From positions 299,985 to 363,984 of the forward strand of contig CAVUXJ010000004.1 in NCBI GenBank assembly GCA_963745495.1: 64,000 nucleotides of DNA, given 5' to 3'. This document shows, in pieces, positions 54,043 through 63,531 of this stretch; position 1 is the first letter of the stretch, and each line of letters opens with the position of its first letter. Source of the DNA: an uncultured Acidobacteriota bacterium. GTDB lineage: Bacteria; Acidobacteriota; Vicinamibacteria; Vicinamibacterales; CAVVIG01. The position numbers and the translations under genes were made by a program. The notes under the pieces are model-generated. The model saw nothing but the letters and a program-made list of their open reading frames with translations, was not told the origin of the DNA and did no database searches.

Positions 54043-54224
54043 TTCTTATCAAGAGTGGCTGAGGGACAGGCCCGACGACGCCACGGCAACCCCGGGACCC
54101 CAAGGGGCGCGGTGAGGTGCCAATTCCTGCCCGGCGGTCCGGCTGAAGCCGGACACTACGACTGCCATTCGGCTCGTCGTAGTGTCCGCCTTCAGGCGGA
54201 CCGTGACCGGGGAAGATGAGAAAG
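54043..54224 (+). promoter_or_regulatory. SAM-I (S-box) riboswitch with an unusually long P4 arm, upstream of hom-thrC
   Basis: TTCTTATCAAGAG-TGGCTGAGGGA-CAGGCCCGACGACGCCACGGCAACC ... GGTGCCAATTCC ... GAAGATGAGAA. All the conserved S-box blocks I remember are present and in order. The 3' P1 strand abuts GAGAAAGGA and the TTG start at 54229. Confidence 0.8.
54136..54202. repeat. Inverted pair of 27-nt REP-like units inside the riboswitch P4 arm
   Basis: Left unit GGTCCGGCTGAAGCCGGACACTACGAC. Reverse complement of the right unit GGTCCGCCTGAAGGCGGACACTACGAC. The two differences are compensatory within each unit's own CCGGC/GCCGG versus CCGCC/GGCGG mini-hairpin. Confidence 0.8.
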
Positions 54225-54228
54225 GACT

Positions 54229-55318
54229 TTGGGTCTCAACTCGTTTCAAACCTCCGGCAACAGCCCCGGCGCGCCACGCTGCCTGGTCGGCATCCTCGGT
54301 TTTGGCACCGTCGGGTCGGCCATCGCCCGGCGGCTCACCGGCCCCGATTCGATTCCCAGCCTCGAGCTCACGCACATCTGCGACCGGCGGGCGCGCGACA
54401 AGCGCGCCCGGCAGCCCGAATCCTCCGACGAACCGCATCGTCTGGACCGACACGTTCGACGACCTGCTCGCCAGCGACGTCGAGATCATCGTCGAAGCGA
54501 TTGGCGGGGCCGGGCCGGCCGTCGACTACGTCCGCGCCGCGCTCCTCGCGGGGAAGTCCGTCGTCACCGCGAACAAGGATGTCATCGCGCACCACGGCCC
54601 GGCGCTGCTCCTGCTCGCGGAGCGGCAGGGCCGGCAGCTGCGGTACGAGGCGGCCGTCGGCGGCGCGATGCCGATTGTGCGCGCGCTCGGCGACGGACTC
54701 GGCGGCGAACGCGTGACGCGCATCGAAGCGATTCTGAACGGCACCAGCAACGCCGTGCTCTCCCAGATGGAAGCGCATCGGGTGCTCGATCGACGAGGCG
54801 ATCGCCGATGCGTGCGCGCGCGGCTTCGCCGAGTCGGATCCGTCGGCCGATCTCGGCGGCGTGGACGCAGCGGCGAAGCTGACGATTCTGTGCGCGCTCG
54901 GGTTCCGGCTTCGCGTCAGCCCCTCGCAGATCGAGACGCGGACGACGCGCGCGGATTCAGCCGGAGGACTTCCGCGATGCGAGCGTGCGGGGCGGGACCA
55001 TTCGGCAGATTGCCCACGCCGACTACGACCGGGAGCGGTCGACGCTGACGGCCTGGGTGGCGCCGGTGTTCGTGCCGCGCGCCTCGCTCTTCGCGAGGAC
55101 GATCGGACCGCAGAACGCGGCCATCGTCACCGGCGCGTATGCCGGGGAGATGACGATTACCGGGACCGGTGCCGGCGGCGAGGCCACCGCCGTGGCCGCG
55201 ATCGGCGATCTCGTCGCGATCGCGCGCGATCACGCGGCGATCGTTCCCGCCCCGATACTGACGGAACCGAAGGAGATTCGAGGGACTCGTGGACCACAAA
55301 CTTGCGGAGGCTGTGTGA
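54229..55318 (+). CDS. hom: Homoserine dehydrogenase, about 4 apparent frameshifts
   Basis: VGILGFGTVGSAIARRL (NAD site), VEAIGGAGPAVDYVRAALLAGKSVVTANKDVIA, LRYEAAVGGAMPIVRAL, ILNGTSNAVLSQM, FAESDPSADLGGVDAAAKLTIL, GAYAGEMTITGTGAGGEATA. Confidence 0.8.
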
Positions 55319-56551
55319 GCGCGCTTACCGGACTGCAGTGTCATCTCTGCAAGACCATGTTTCCGGCCGAAGCCATCTACGTCTGCGATCGGTGCCTCGG
55401 CCCGCTGGAGCCGGTCTACGACTACGCCGTCGATCAAGCTGACCCGGGAGCAGATCGAGCGGCGGCCGAAGAACCTCTGGCGTTATCGGGAGCTGTTGCC
55501 GATTACCGGCGAGCCGAAGACCGGTTTTCATTCCGGCTTCACGCCGCTGGTCCGCTGCAGCCGGCTGGCGGAGCGCCTCGGCGTCCGCGAGCTCTACATC
55601 AAGGATGATTCCGTCAACCACCCGACGCTGTCCTACAAGGACCGCGTCGTGTCGGTCGCGGCGACGCGCGCCGTGGAGCTCGGGCTCGACGTGCTGGCCT
55701 GCGCGTCGACCGGCAATCTCGCCAACAGCGTGTCGGCGCACGCCGCGCGTCTCGGGCTGGAGTGTTGCGTGTTCATCCCCGACAACCTCGAGGCGGGGAA
55801 GGTGCTCGGGTCCGCGATCTTCGGTCCGACCATTCTCGCGATTGCCGGAAACTACGACGATGTCAACCGGTTGTGCACGCAGGTGGCGGATCGGTTCGGC
55901 TGGGGGTTCGTGAACATCAACCTGCGGTCGTACTACGCGGAGGGCGCGAAGACGTACGGGTTCGAGATCGCCGAGCAGCTTGGCTGGCGATTTCCACAGC
56001 ACGTCGTCTCACCGGTTGCGGGCGGCACGCTGCTCCCGCGCATCGCGCGCGGCTTTCGCGAGCTCGTGACCGTGGGGCTCGTCGAAGGCGAGCTCCCGCG
56101 CATTCACGCCGCGCAGGCGGCCGGCTGCGCGCCGGTCGTCCACGCGCTCGACACCGGGGCGGATCATACGGAACCGGTCCGGCCCAACACGATTGCGAAA
56201 TCGATCGCCATCGGCAATCCGGCCGACGGCCATCAGGTGCTGCAGACCGTGCGCGAGACCGGCGGAACGGGCACGGCCGTGACCGACGATCAGATCGTGG
56301 ACGCCATCCGGCTGCTCGCCGAGACCGAGGGCATCTTCACCGAACCGGCGGGCGGCACGACACTCGGCGGCGCGATCGATCTGATTCAGCGTGGTGTCAT
56401 CGGTCCCGACGAGTCCGTGGTCGTGTGCGTGACCGGCAACGGCTACAAGACCGCAGAAGTGCTGACCGGTCAGCTGACCGAGCCCGTGCGTCTCAGCCGC
56501 TCGTTCAAGGAGTTCGAGGCCTGGTGGGAGAGCCGGCAGGCGTTGGCATAG
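55315..56551 (+). CDS. thrC: Threonine synthase with an N-terminal zinc-ribbon, one apparent frameshift near 55440
   Basis: LQCHLCKTMFPAEAIYVCDRCLGPLEPVYDY, WRYRELLP, DDSVNHPTLSYKDRVVSVA (PLP lysine context), ACASTGNLANS, GNGYKT. Confidence 0.9.
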
Positions 56552-56653
56552 CACGCCAGTCTCAAGGCTCAAGGTCTCGAAGGGCTCAAGTGCGGACCTT
56601 TGGCAGGCCTGAAGGCCTGCACGACGTCTGACTTTGAAACGTGCTCTAAGGCC

Positions 56654-56720
56654 AAAATCTCACAATCCGCAATCTGCAATCTGCAATTCAATCTGAAATC
56701 TGCAATCTGCAATCTGCAAA
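56654..56720. repeat. Tandem heptamer array (GCAATCT / AATCTGC, about 9 units), ending 1 nt before the next start codon
   Basis: aaatctc acaatcc gcaatct gcaatct gcaattc aatctga aatctgc aatctgc aatctgc aaa ATG. Confidence 0.85.
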
Positions 56721-57131
56721 ATGATCATGGATGCCGACGAACAGGCGATTCGGTTGCTGATCGCGACCTGGCTGCAGGCGACTGCGGCAGACGATCTGGC
56801 ACGTGTCCTCGACTTGATGGCCGACGATGTCGTGTTTCTCAGCGCTGGAAGACCGCCGATGGTTGGAAAGGACGCCTTCGCGGCGGCGGCCCGCGCCAGG
56901 CAAGGGCACGCACGAGTAGATAGCCGTGCGGACATTCGAGAGATTCGCATCGTTGGCGGCTGGGCGTACTGCTGGAATCAGTTGACCGTCACGCTCACTC
57001 CTGTCGGCGGGGGAACGCCGACCCAGCTGGGTGGCCCGGCCTTGTCGATCTTGATGAAGAAGTCAGATGGGCAGTGGGTGATCGCCCGTGACGCCAATAT
57101 GATTGCGCCAGTCACACCGTCAGGCGGATGA
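56721..57131 (+). CDS. SnoaL-like / DUF4440 (NTF2-fold) protein
   Basis: DEQAIRLLIATWLQATAADDLARVLDLMADDVVFL...GKDAF...WAYCWNQLTVTL...ALSILMKKSDGQWVIARDAN. Confidence 0.7.
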   Translation: MIMDADEQAIRLLIATWLQATAADDLARVLDLMADDVVFLSAGRPPMVGKDAFAAAARARQGHARVDSRADIREIRIVGGWAYCWNQLTVTLTPVGGGTPTQLGGPALSILMKKSDGQWVIARDANMIAPVTPSGG

Positions 57132-57160
57132 TCGGCCCCTTGTACGAGGCTTGAAGGTGA

Positions 57161-57666
57161 GTGGAGTTGAACGTGACCCCCATCGATCCCGCCGTCGACA
57201 TCGGACACGTGCACCTCAAGGTTGCCGATCTGGATCGCGCCTTGACGTTTTATTGCGACGTCCTCGGGTTTGAGCTGACGGCGACGCTATGGGCCGGGGG
57301 CCGCATTCGTCGGCGCGGGCGGCTATCACCATCACATCGCGCTGAACACGTGGGAAAGCCTGGGGGGATCGCCCCCGCCCCCTGGAAGCACGGGGTTGTA
57401 CCACACGGCTATCAGGTATCCCACGCGCGCGACGCTGGCCGACGCCCTCGGGCGGCTCGAGCGGGCCGGTATTCCTCTACAGGGCGCCGCCGATCACGGA
57501 GTCAGCGAGTCGCTCTATCTGACGGACCCCGACCAGAACGGCGTCGAGCTGTACTGCGATCGGCCGCGAAGCGAATGGCCGCGCGGACCTGCGCGGCGAG
57601 ATTGTGATGTATACGCGGCCATTGGACTTGGAGGGGCTGCTTGCCGCCGCGGTTGACGCCAGGTAG
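57161..57666 (+). CDS. VOC/glyoxalase-family protein (extradiol dioxygenase-like), 2 apparent frameshifts
   Basis: IGHVHLKVADLDRALTFYCDVLGFEL, then GGYHHHIALNTWES...GLYHTAIRYP...GAADHGVSESLYLTDPDQNGVELY. Confidence 0.75.
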
Positions 57667-57737
57667 CGTGAAACATGGGTTAATATCGCTGTGGAACCAG
57701 TCGTGGCCGGGCAAGCTCGAGCAAGGGGAGGGTTGGC

Positions 57738-58082
57738 GTGAGGACGTTCATTGCATTGAGTGCGGCATTCATTTTTGCGACCACGGTCTTCCCGGCGGAG
57801 CAGACCTGGTCCGGCGAAATCGCCGACTCGGCGTGCGGTCTGATGCATCCGGAGGATCCTGACGCCGCGGGTGGCGGCAAGGCCGGCCCACCGGACGCTC
57901 GCGAGTGCACGCTCGCCTGTATCAGGGGCGGCTCGAAGTATGTGTTCGTCTCGAACGGAACGGTCTATCAGATCGCCGATCAGAAGGATCCGGCGCTCCA
58001 GACCCATGCGGGTCACATGGTGAAGCTCACCGGCGAGATGAAGGACACCACCATCACGGTCTCGAAGATCGAGACGCCCTAG
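57738..58082 (+). CDS. Small secreted hypothetical protein
   Basis: GTG start, signal peptide MRTFIALSAAFIFATTVFPAEQ, intact 114-aa ORF. Confidence 0.55.
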   Translation: MRTFIALSAAFIFATTVFPAEQTWSGEIADSACGLMHPEDPDAAGGGKAGPPDARECTLACIRGGSKYVFVSNGTVYQIADQKDPALQTHAGHMVKLTGEMKDTTITVSKIETP

Positions 58083-58120
58083 AATCGAGCGTCGTAGATC
58101 TGGGCAGCGCGGGAGTGGCG

Positions 58121-58615
58121 ATGAGCAAGGTCAGCCGGGTCGTCCTCGTCAGCGCCGTGGCGCTTGCCGCGGCCGGGCTCCGGACGTTCACCCTGCGCCA
58201 GGCCGTGGCCGCGGCCCAGAGCGTGTCGCCCGCGTCGGATTCAGCGTGGGCGCTCGCCCACTATGACCACAGGCCACGACAAGGCGGTCTCGTGCTGATG
58301 AACGGGGACACGCACTTCGAGGTTGTTCTCGATACGACGGGCAGCTACAGCGTGTACTTCAGCAGCGGTGTACGAACTCCGTTGCCGGCAACGATCGCCT
58401 CGGAGGTCAGAATCGCCGTGATTCCGAACGGCCGTTCGCGCGAAACGATTGCCATGGAGCCGGACCCGACGAACTCGCATTGGGTTGGGAGGGGCACGCC
58501 GATCGACGATGCCGACGCCATCGTCCGGGTGGGCTACACCGCCGATGCGACGCCCTACTGGATTGATGTGCCGGCCTCGGCATGGATCAGCCTCACGGCT
58601 CCGCGCTCGCAATAG
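58121..58615 (+). CDS. Secreted hypothetical protein
   Basis: MSKVSRVVLVSAVALAAAGL signal-like N-terminus in the frame of ORF 57905..58615. Confidence 0.5.
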   Translation: MSKVSRVVLVSAVALAAAGLRTFTLRQAVAAAQSVSPASDSAWALAHYDHRPRQGGLVLMNGDTHFEVVLDTTGSYSVYFSSGVRTPLPATIASEVRIAVIPNGRSRETIAMEPDPTNSHWVGRGTPIDDADAIVRVGYTADATPYWIDVPASAWISLTAPRSQ

Positions 58616-59990
58616 CGCGCGCCGCACCCCGCTCGCCCGCCGCGGTTCGCCCGACTGTCATCCACAGCACCCAGAAAGCGGCCAGCGCGATGATGACCCC
58701 TATCGCCCAGTTCACCAGCATGCAGCGCCGGAATACTCGCCGGCCATTGAAATGGATACCGGCTCAGGAGCGTGCCGCGATCGACCATCCAATGCCACGC
58801 GATATGGCCGGCCACCAGCGATAGGAGGAACGCCGCTGCGCGGTCGCCCAGCAGGCGGACCAGGAGAGCGACCGCGGGGACAAGGATCAGGAGCACGACA
58901 ATCTGTCCGGCCGCCACGCCCGCGCCGAACGCGATCAGCGACGTCATCGCGTGGGCGCCGGCAAACTGCAGCGCCGGCCGAAGACCGAACGAGAAATGAA
59001 ATCCGAGCAGCAGTCCGAATCCGAAGGCGATCATCCAGCGCCAGCGGACGCCAGCCCCCATCGCGTTTTCGATCGCCATATAGATGATGGAGGTCGCGAT
59101 CAGCAACGCCGATGAGCGGCTGGAACCATAGCGTATCCAACGACAGGTTCGAGGACGGACTCAGCGTGATCGCTTCGGCTACCGCGAATGCCGTCACGAC
59201 GGGCACGAGCGCACGCCATCGCCGCAGCGGAATCGCCAGCGCGAGCAGGAAGAGCCAATAGTCCTGTCCATAAAGGATTCGATGAAACCCGGTCTTGACG
59301 AACCGCGCGGCCGCTTGGTACCACGCGGGGTCGAGTCTGATGAGATCCGGATTCCCTGTGAATTCGAACGTGTGCATGCTGCCATCAGGAGGCAGGAACC
59401 GCAGCGACGTCGTCGTGCTGAGCGCGAGGCTGCTCAGATTCGAGTGGATCGAGAACTGGGACCGATCGGATTGAATGGGGTACTCGAGCAACACGTCGAG
59501 CAGGCCCTGGTTCCAGATGAAATCCACGTTGTTGGTCAGTCGGGGGCCCTGGACGTGGGCCAGGGCTTGTTCGTACGAGGCGAATGAGCCGTCGAAGGCG
59601 AGCGAGGCGCGAACGTCGACGATCCGCGGGGCCGGGAGCGAGACGGTTGTTTTCGTACGCCTCGAGGTTGTTGACGAGCCACAACCCCGCCGCGTCGTTG
59701 AGCACACGGTCGGCCCGGTCGAGATCCACGAAGTCCTGCGAGGTGCCTCGCGTCGGGTACTCGAGATCCACCATGGTCTGGAGGGGCACCCGCACGAGCA
59801 GCCGGAGCCGTTGACCCTCGGGCTTCAGGATCAACTCGATTTTCGCGTCGTTCGGGATGACATGCGCGCGGGCGCAGGCGGGCAGTCCGAGCAGCGCCGG
59901 CAGGGTCAGAATCGCGGCGAGGCGCCAGATCGGGATACGATCACGTTTTACCGACAAAAGCCCCCTCGAGGCTGGGAGACGAGCCCACAT
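58592..59990 (-). CDS. Membrane protein with a periplasmic N-domain and a HupE/UreJ-like TM region, about 3 apparent frameshifts; family assignment is tentative
   Basis: Signal peptide ...LTLPALLGLPACARA followed by HVIP. The TM-rich C-terminal half is WLFLLALAIPL, VPVVTAFAVAEAITLS, MIAFGFGLLLGFHFSFGL, LIAFGAGVAAGQIVVLLILV. Confidence 0.45.
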
Positions 59991-60111
59991 TCACAGAATA
60001 GCCGTGGGTCATACCACCGGCCAAGAAAAAGTTGAGAGCCGCGGCGAAGGCACGTCAATGTGGAGTACACTTTCAGATCGCAAATCACGGGCGGTTCCGG
60101 AGGAGCAGATT

Positions 60112-61369
60112 ATGAGGTCGAGGCGGAGCACTCTTCGAATTGGAGCGACATTTCTGGCCGCGGTCGGCGTTTTCGGGTTGAATCGGGGCGGGCATGAAAC
60201 CCGTCGCCGCGCAGTCGCGGACTGGCGGGCAGGTGCCGAGGTTCGAAGTGGATCGGCTGTGGCCCAAACCGTTGCCGAAGATGTGGATCCTCGGGTCCGT
60301 CAACGGCGTCGCGGTTGATGCTCAAGACCACATCTGGGTGACGCACGGGGGCGTGGGTTCGCTGCAAAACAACGAAAAGGGACCGGAGCTCAAGCCGCCA
60401 CAGAGCACGTGCTGCTTCGCCGCGCCGCAGGTGCTCGAGTTCGATGCGGCGGGCAACCTGCTCAGCGAGTGGGGCGGAGCCGGGCAGGGCTACAACTGGC
60501 CGCTGGTCCCGCACGGCATTGCCGTCGATTCGAAGGGCAACGTCATCATCGGCGGGTCTCAGGCTGGTCACGTCGAGGGGCGTCCGGATCCGCCTCCGCC
60601 GGCGGGACGGGGCGGAGCAAAGCCGCCGCCGAAGCCGGTTCCGCTGCCTCCGCAGGATGCGCACGCGATCAAGTTCACGCGCACTGGCCAGTTCGTGTGG
60701 CAATTTGGAAAGCCGGCGACGGTCGAGGACAACAACGGCACGACAACGCTCAGCCGGCCGGTGGGATTCGATGTCGATGAGGCGGCGAACGAGATTTACA
60801 TCGCCGACGGCCTCGGCAATCGCCGGGTCGTCGTCGTCGACGCGGGCACTGGCGCGTACAAGCGCCACTGGGGTGCCTACGGCGGCAAGCCCGATGAGAC
60901 GGCGCCGCCGCCCTACAATCCGAACCCCGCGTCCAACGCGCCGCTGCCCCGGCAGTTCCAGAATGTCAGTTGCGTGAAGTTGTCGAAAGACGGGATGGTC
61001 TATGTCTGCGACCGTGGGGGCAACCGCATCCAGGTGTTCCAGAAGGACGGTAAGTTCGTGAAAGAAGCCATCGTCTCGCCGGCGACGATGGGCGACGGGT
61101 CGGTGTGGGATCTCGCCTTCTCGAGGGACCCGCAACAGCAGTTCGTCTACGTCGCCGACGGGCAGGACAAGAAGATCCTCGTGCTGCGGCGCGACACGCT
61201 GGACGTCGTGTCGAGCTTCGGCCAGGGCGGGCGCCTCCCGGGCACCTTCTACGCCGTGGGCAGCATTGCGGTCGATTCGAAGGGCAACGTGTATACTGGC
61301 GAGACCTCCGAAGGCAAGCGCGTGCAGAAGTTCATTTATAAGGGACTGGGACCGGCCTCGACCCAGTAG
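60112..61369 (+). CDS. NHL-repeat beta-propeller protein (amidating-lyase-like), one apparent frameshift in the signal region
   Basis: GGAGGAG RBS. MRSRRSTLRIGATFLAAVGVFGL, then VPRFEVDRLWPKPLP...VDAQDHIWV...VLEFDAAGNLL..WGG...HGIAVDSKGNV...IYIADGLGNRRVVVVD...VYVCDRGGNRIQVF...FYAVGSIAVDSKGNVYTGE. Confidence 0.8.
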
Positions 61370-61409
61370 ATGTGGGGATCCTCGGAGGGCTCGTTGGAGG
61401 AGAACGCTT

Positions 61410-62622
61410 ATGAAAAACGCGCGTAATCTGGTGATTGGCGTCACGCTGTTCGTCCTGCTGGTCGCGCTCGGCGCCGTGCGCCATTCGCTCGAGGCGGGTG
61501 TCGCCGCTCAAGGAAATGGAAACGGCAAGGGCAATACCGTCACGGTGCCCCGGTACGAAGTGGACCCGACGTTCCCGAAGCCGATGCCGAATGGCTGGTA
61601 CCAGGGGATGACAATCGGGGCGACGGTCGATGCCCAGGATCACATCTGGGTGATTCATCGGCCCGACTCGCTCTCACCGGGCGAAAACGCCGCGCTCTTG
61701 AGGACAGGAGCGTGCTGCGCCAAGGCGCCCCCGGTCCTCGAGTTCGATCAGGCCGGCAACCTCCTGCGCCACTGGGGCGGCCCCGGTGAGGGCTACGACT
61801 GGCCGAAGAACAACCACGGGATCATGGTCGATCCCAAGGGGAACTTCTGGCTCGGCGGCAACAGCAACCGCGATGGGCAGGTGCTGAAATTCTCGGCGGA
61901 CGGCAAGTTCCTGGGCTCGTTCGGCCGCAAGGCTGCTGCCGACAGCGCCGACGTGTCGAAGTACGGCGGCGTCGCGACCATGAGCTTCGACCCGACGACC
62001 AACGAGGCGTATCGTCGCCGACGGGTACTACAACCACCGCGTGGTCGTCGCCGACATCGACACCATGAAGATCAAGCGGTACTGGGGCGCCTACGGCAAC
62101 AAGCCCGACGATGCCGACATGGGCAACTACAACCCCGACGCGCCGCCCCTGCAGCAGTTCCGCCTGCCTGTGCACTGCGCGGCATTCGCGGCGACCGAGA
62201 AGCTGGTGTATGTCTGCGATCGCCGCAACGATCGCATTCAGGTGTTCAGCACCGACGGCAAGTTCATCAAGGAAAAGATCATCGCGCAGAGGACCCTCGG
62301 CAACGGATCGGTATGGGAAATTGCCTTTTCGAGGGACCCGCAGCAGAAGTTCATGTTCGTCACCGACGGTGCGAACATGAAGGTCTGGATTCTCGATCGC
62401 GCGTCGATGGAGATCCTCACGAGCTTCGGTACCGGTGGAAAGCAACCGGGTCAGTTCTACGCGGTGCACAGCATCGTGCTCGACTCGAAGAGCAACATCT
62501 ACACGACCGAGACCTTCGACGGGAGACGGCTGCAGCGATTCCTGTACAAGGGGATGCAGACGATCGAGAAGGGCAAGGATCAGCTGACTGTCTGGCCGAG
62601 GTCGGCGACCTCGACGAACTAA
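61410..62622 (+). CDS. NHL-repeat beta-propeller protein, tandem paralogue of the preceding gene, one apparent frameshift near 62010
   Basis: Same block order as 60112..61369 (VPRYEVDPTFPKPMP, VDAQDHIWV, VLEFDQAGNLL, HGIMVDPKGNF, VYVCDRRNDRIQVF, FYAVHSIVLDSKSNIYTTE). Confidence 0.8.
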
Positions 62623-62656
62623 GCCAGAGGCGGTTCGATTCGTTCCGTGCTTCAAA

Positions 62657-62699
62657 CCGGTCCGGTTGCACTCGGTTGCACCGGACCGGTCTTCTTTTC
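62657..62699 (+). terminator. Intrinsic terminator after the second NHL gene
   Basis: CCGGTCCGGtTGCA-ctcggt-TGCACCGGACCGG followed by tcttctttt. Confidence 0.7.
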
Positions 62700-62712
62700 T
62701 CGGCTCGCCCGC

Positions 62713-62757
62713 CTGAAATCCAAATCTGCAATCTGCCAGTCTGAAATCCGCAATCTG
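62713..62757. repeat. Second heptamer array of the AATCTGC type (about 6 units)
   Basis: ctgaaatcc aaatctg caatctg ccagtctg aaatccg caatctg. This is the same unit as at 56654-56720. Confidence 0.8.
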
Positions 62758-62815
62758 AGGCTCCAGCTTGTGTATCATCGGAGCCACGGCATCGGTTCCA
62801 GCGGTGGAGGCAGGC

Positions 62816-63514
62816 ATGAAGGGCATCGTCCCAGGACTTCTTTTGGTGGTCGTCGCCACGCTGCAGCCGCGACTGCTCGCGGCGCAGGACCCGAACGATC
62901 CACTGCTGAACATGCAGGCGATAGCCCAGGCGCTGGGCGTTCAGTGCTCGTATTGCCACGTGCGGCAAACCGACAACTCCACGGACTTCCAGGCCGACAC
63001 GAACCCGAAGAAGGCCATCGCGCGCCAGATGATCGCGATGACGCGCGAGATCAACGCACGAGTGCAGGCCGCATCGGGAAAGGCAGCCGGCCAGGCCACG
63101 AACGTCCATTGCCTCACCTGCCACCGCGGTACCCCTGTTCCACAGAAACTGAGCGACATCATGTTGAGGACACTCAGGGACAAGGGGCCCGCCGCGGCGG
63201 TCGCCGAGTACAAGGAGCTGAGACAGAAGTTCTACGCGCGGGACACGTATGATTTTTCAGAGACCGACCTGCTGAATCTTGCGCAGCGGCTCGCGGACGC
63301 GCGGCCCGACGATGCGATTGCGCTGATGATGATGAACCTGGAGTTCAATCCGAAGTCCGCGCGGAGTTATATCGTGCTGTCTCGCGCGTACGTCCGGAAA
63401 CGCGACACCGATATGGCCATCGTGCAGCTGAAGAAGGCGCTGGAGATCGAACCGGAGAATGGAATCGTGAAGGGGTACCTGTCCCAGCTGGAACCAAACC
63501 CGAATCGCCCCTAG
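62816..63514 (+). CDS. Secreted c-type cytochrome (reaction-centre cytochrome c subunit-like haem sites) with a C-terminal TPR region
   Basis: Signal MKGIVPGLLLVVVATLQPRLLAAQ. Haem motifs CSYCH and CLTCH(RG). TPR-like SARSYIVLSRAYVRKRDTDMAIVQLKKALEIEP. Confidence 0.75.
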   Translation: MKGIVPGLLLVVVATLQPRLLAAQDPNDPLLNMQAIAQALGVQCSYCHVRQTDNSTDFQADTNPKKAIARQMIAMTREINARVQAASGKAAGQATNVHCLTCHRGTPVPQKLSDIMLRTLRDKGPAAAVAEYKELRQKFYARDTYDFSETDLLNLAQRLADARPDDAIALMMMNLEFNPKSARSYIVLSRAYVRKRDTDMAIVQLKKALEIEPENGIVKGYLSQLEPNPNRP

Positions 63515-63531
63515 CACAGGTCGGATTACTG

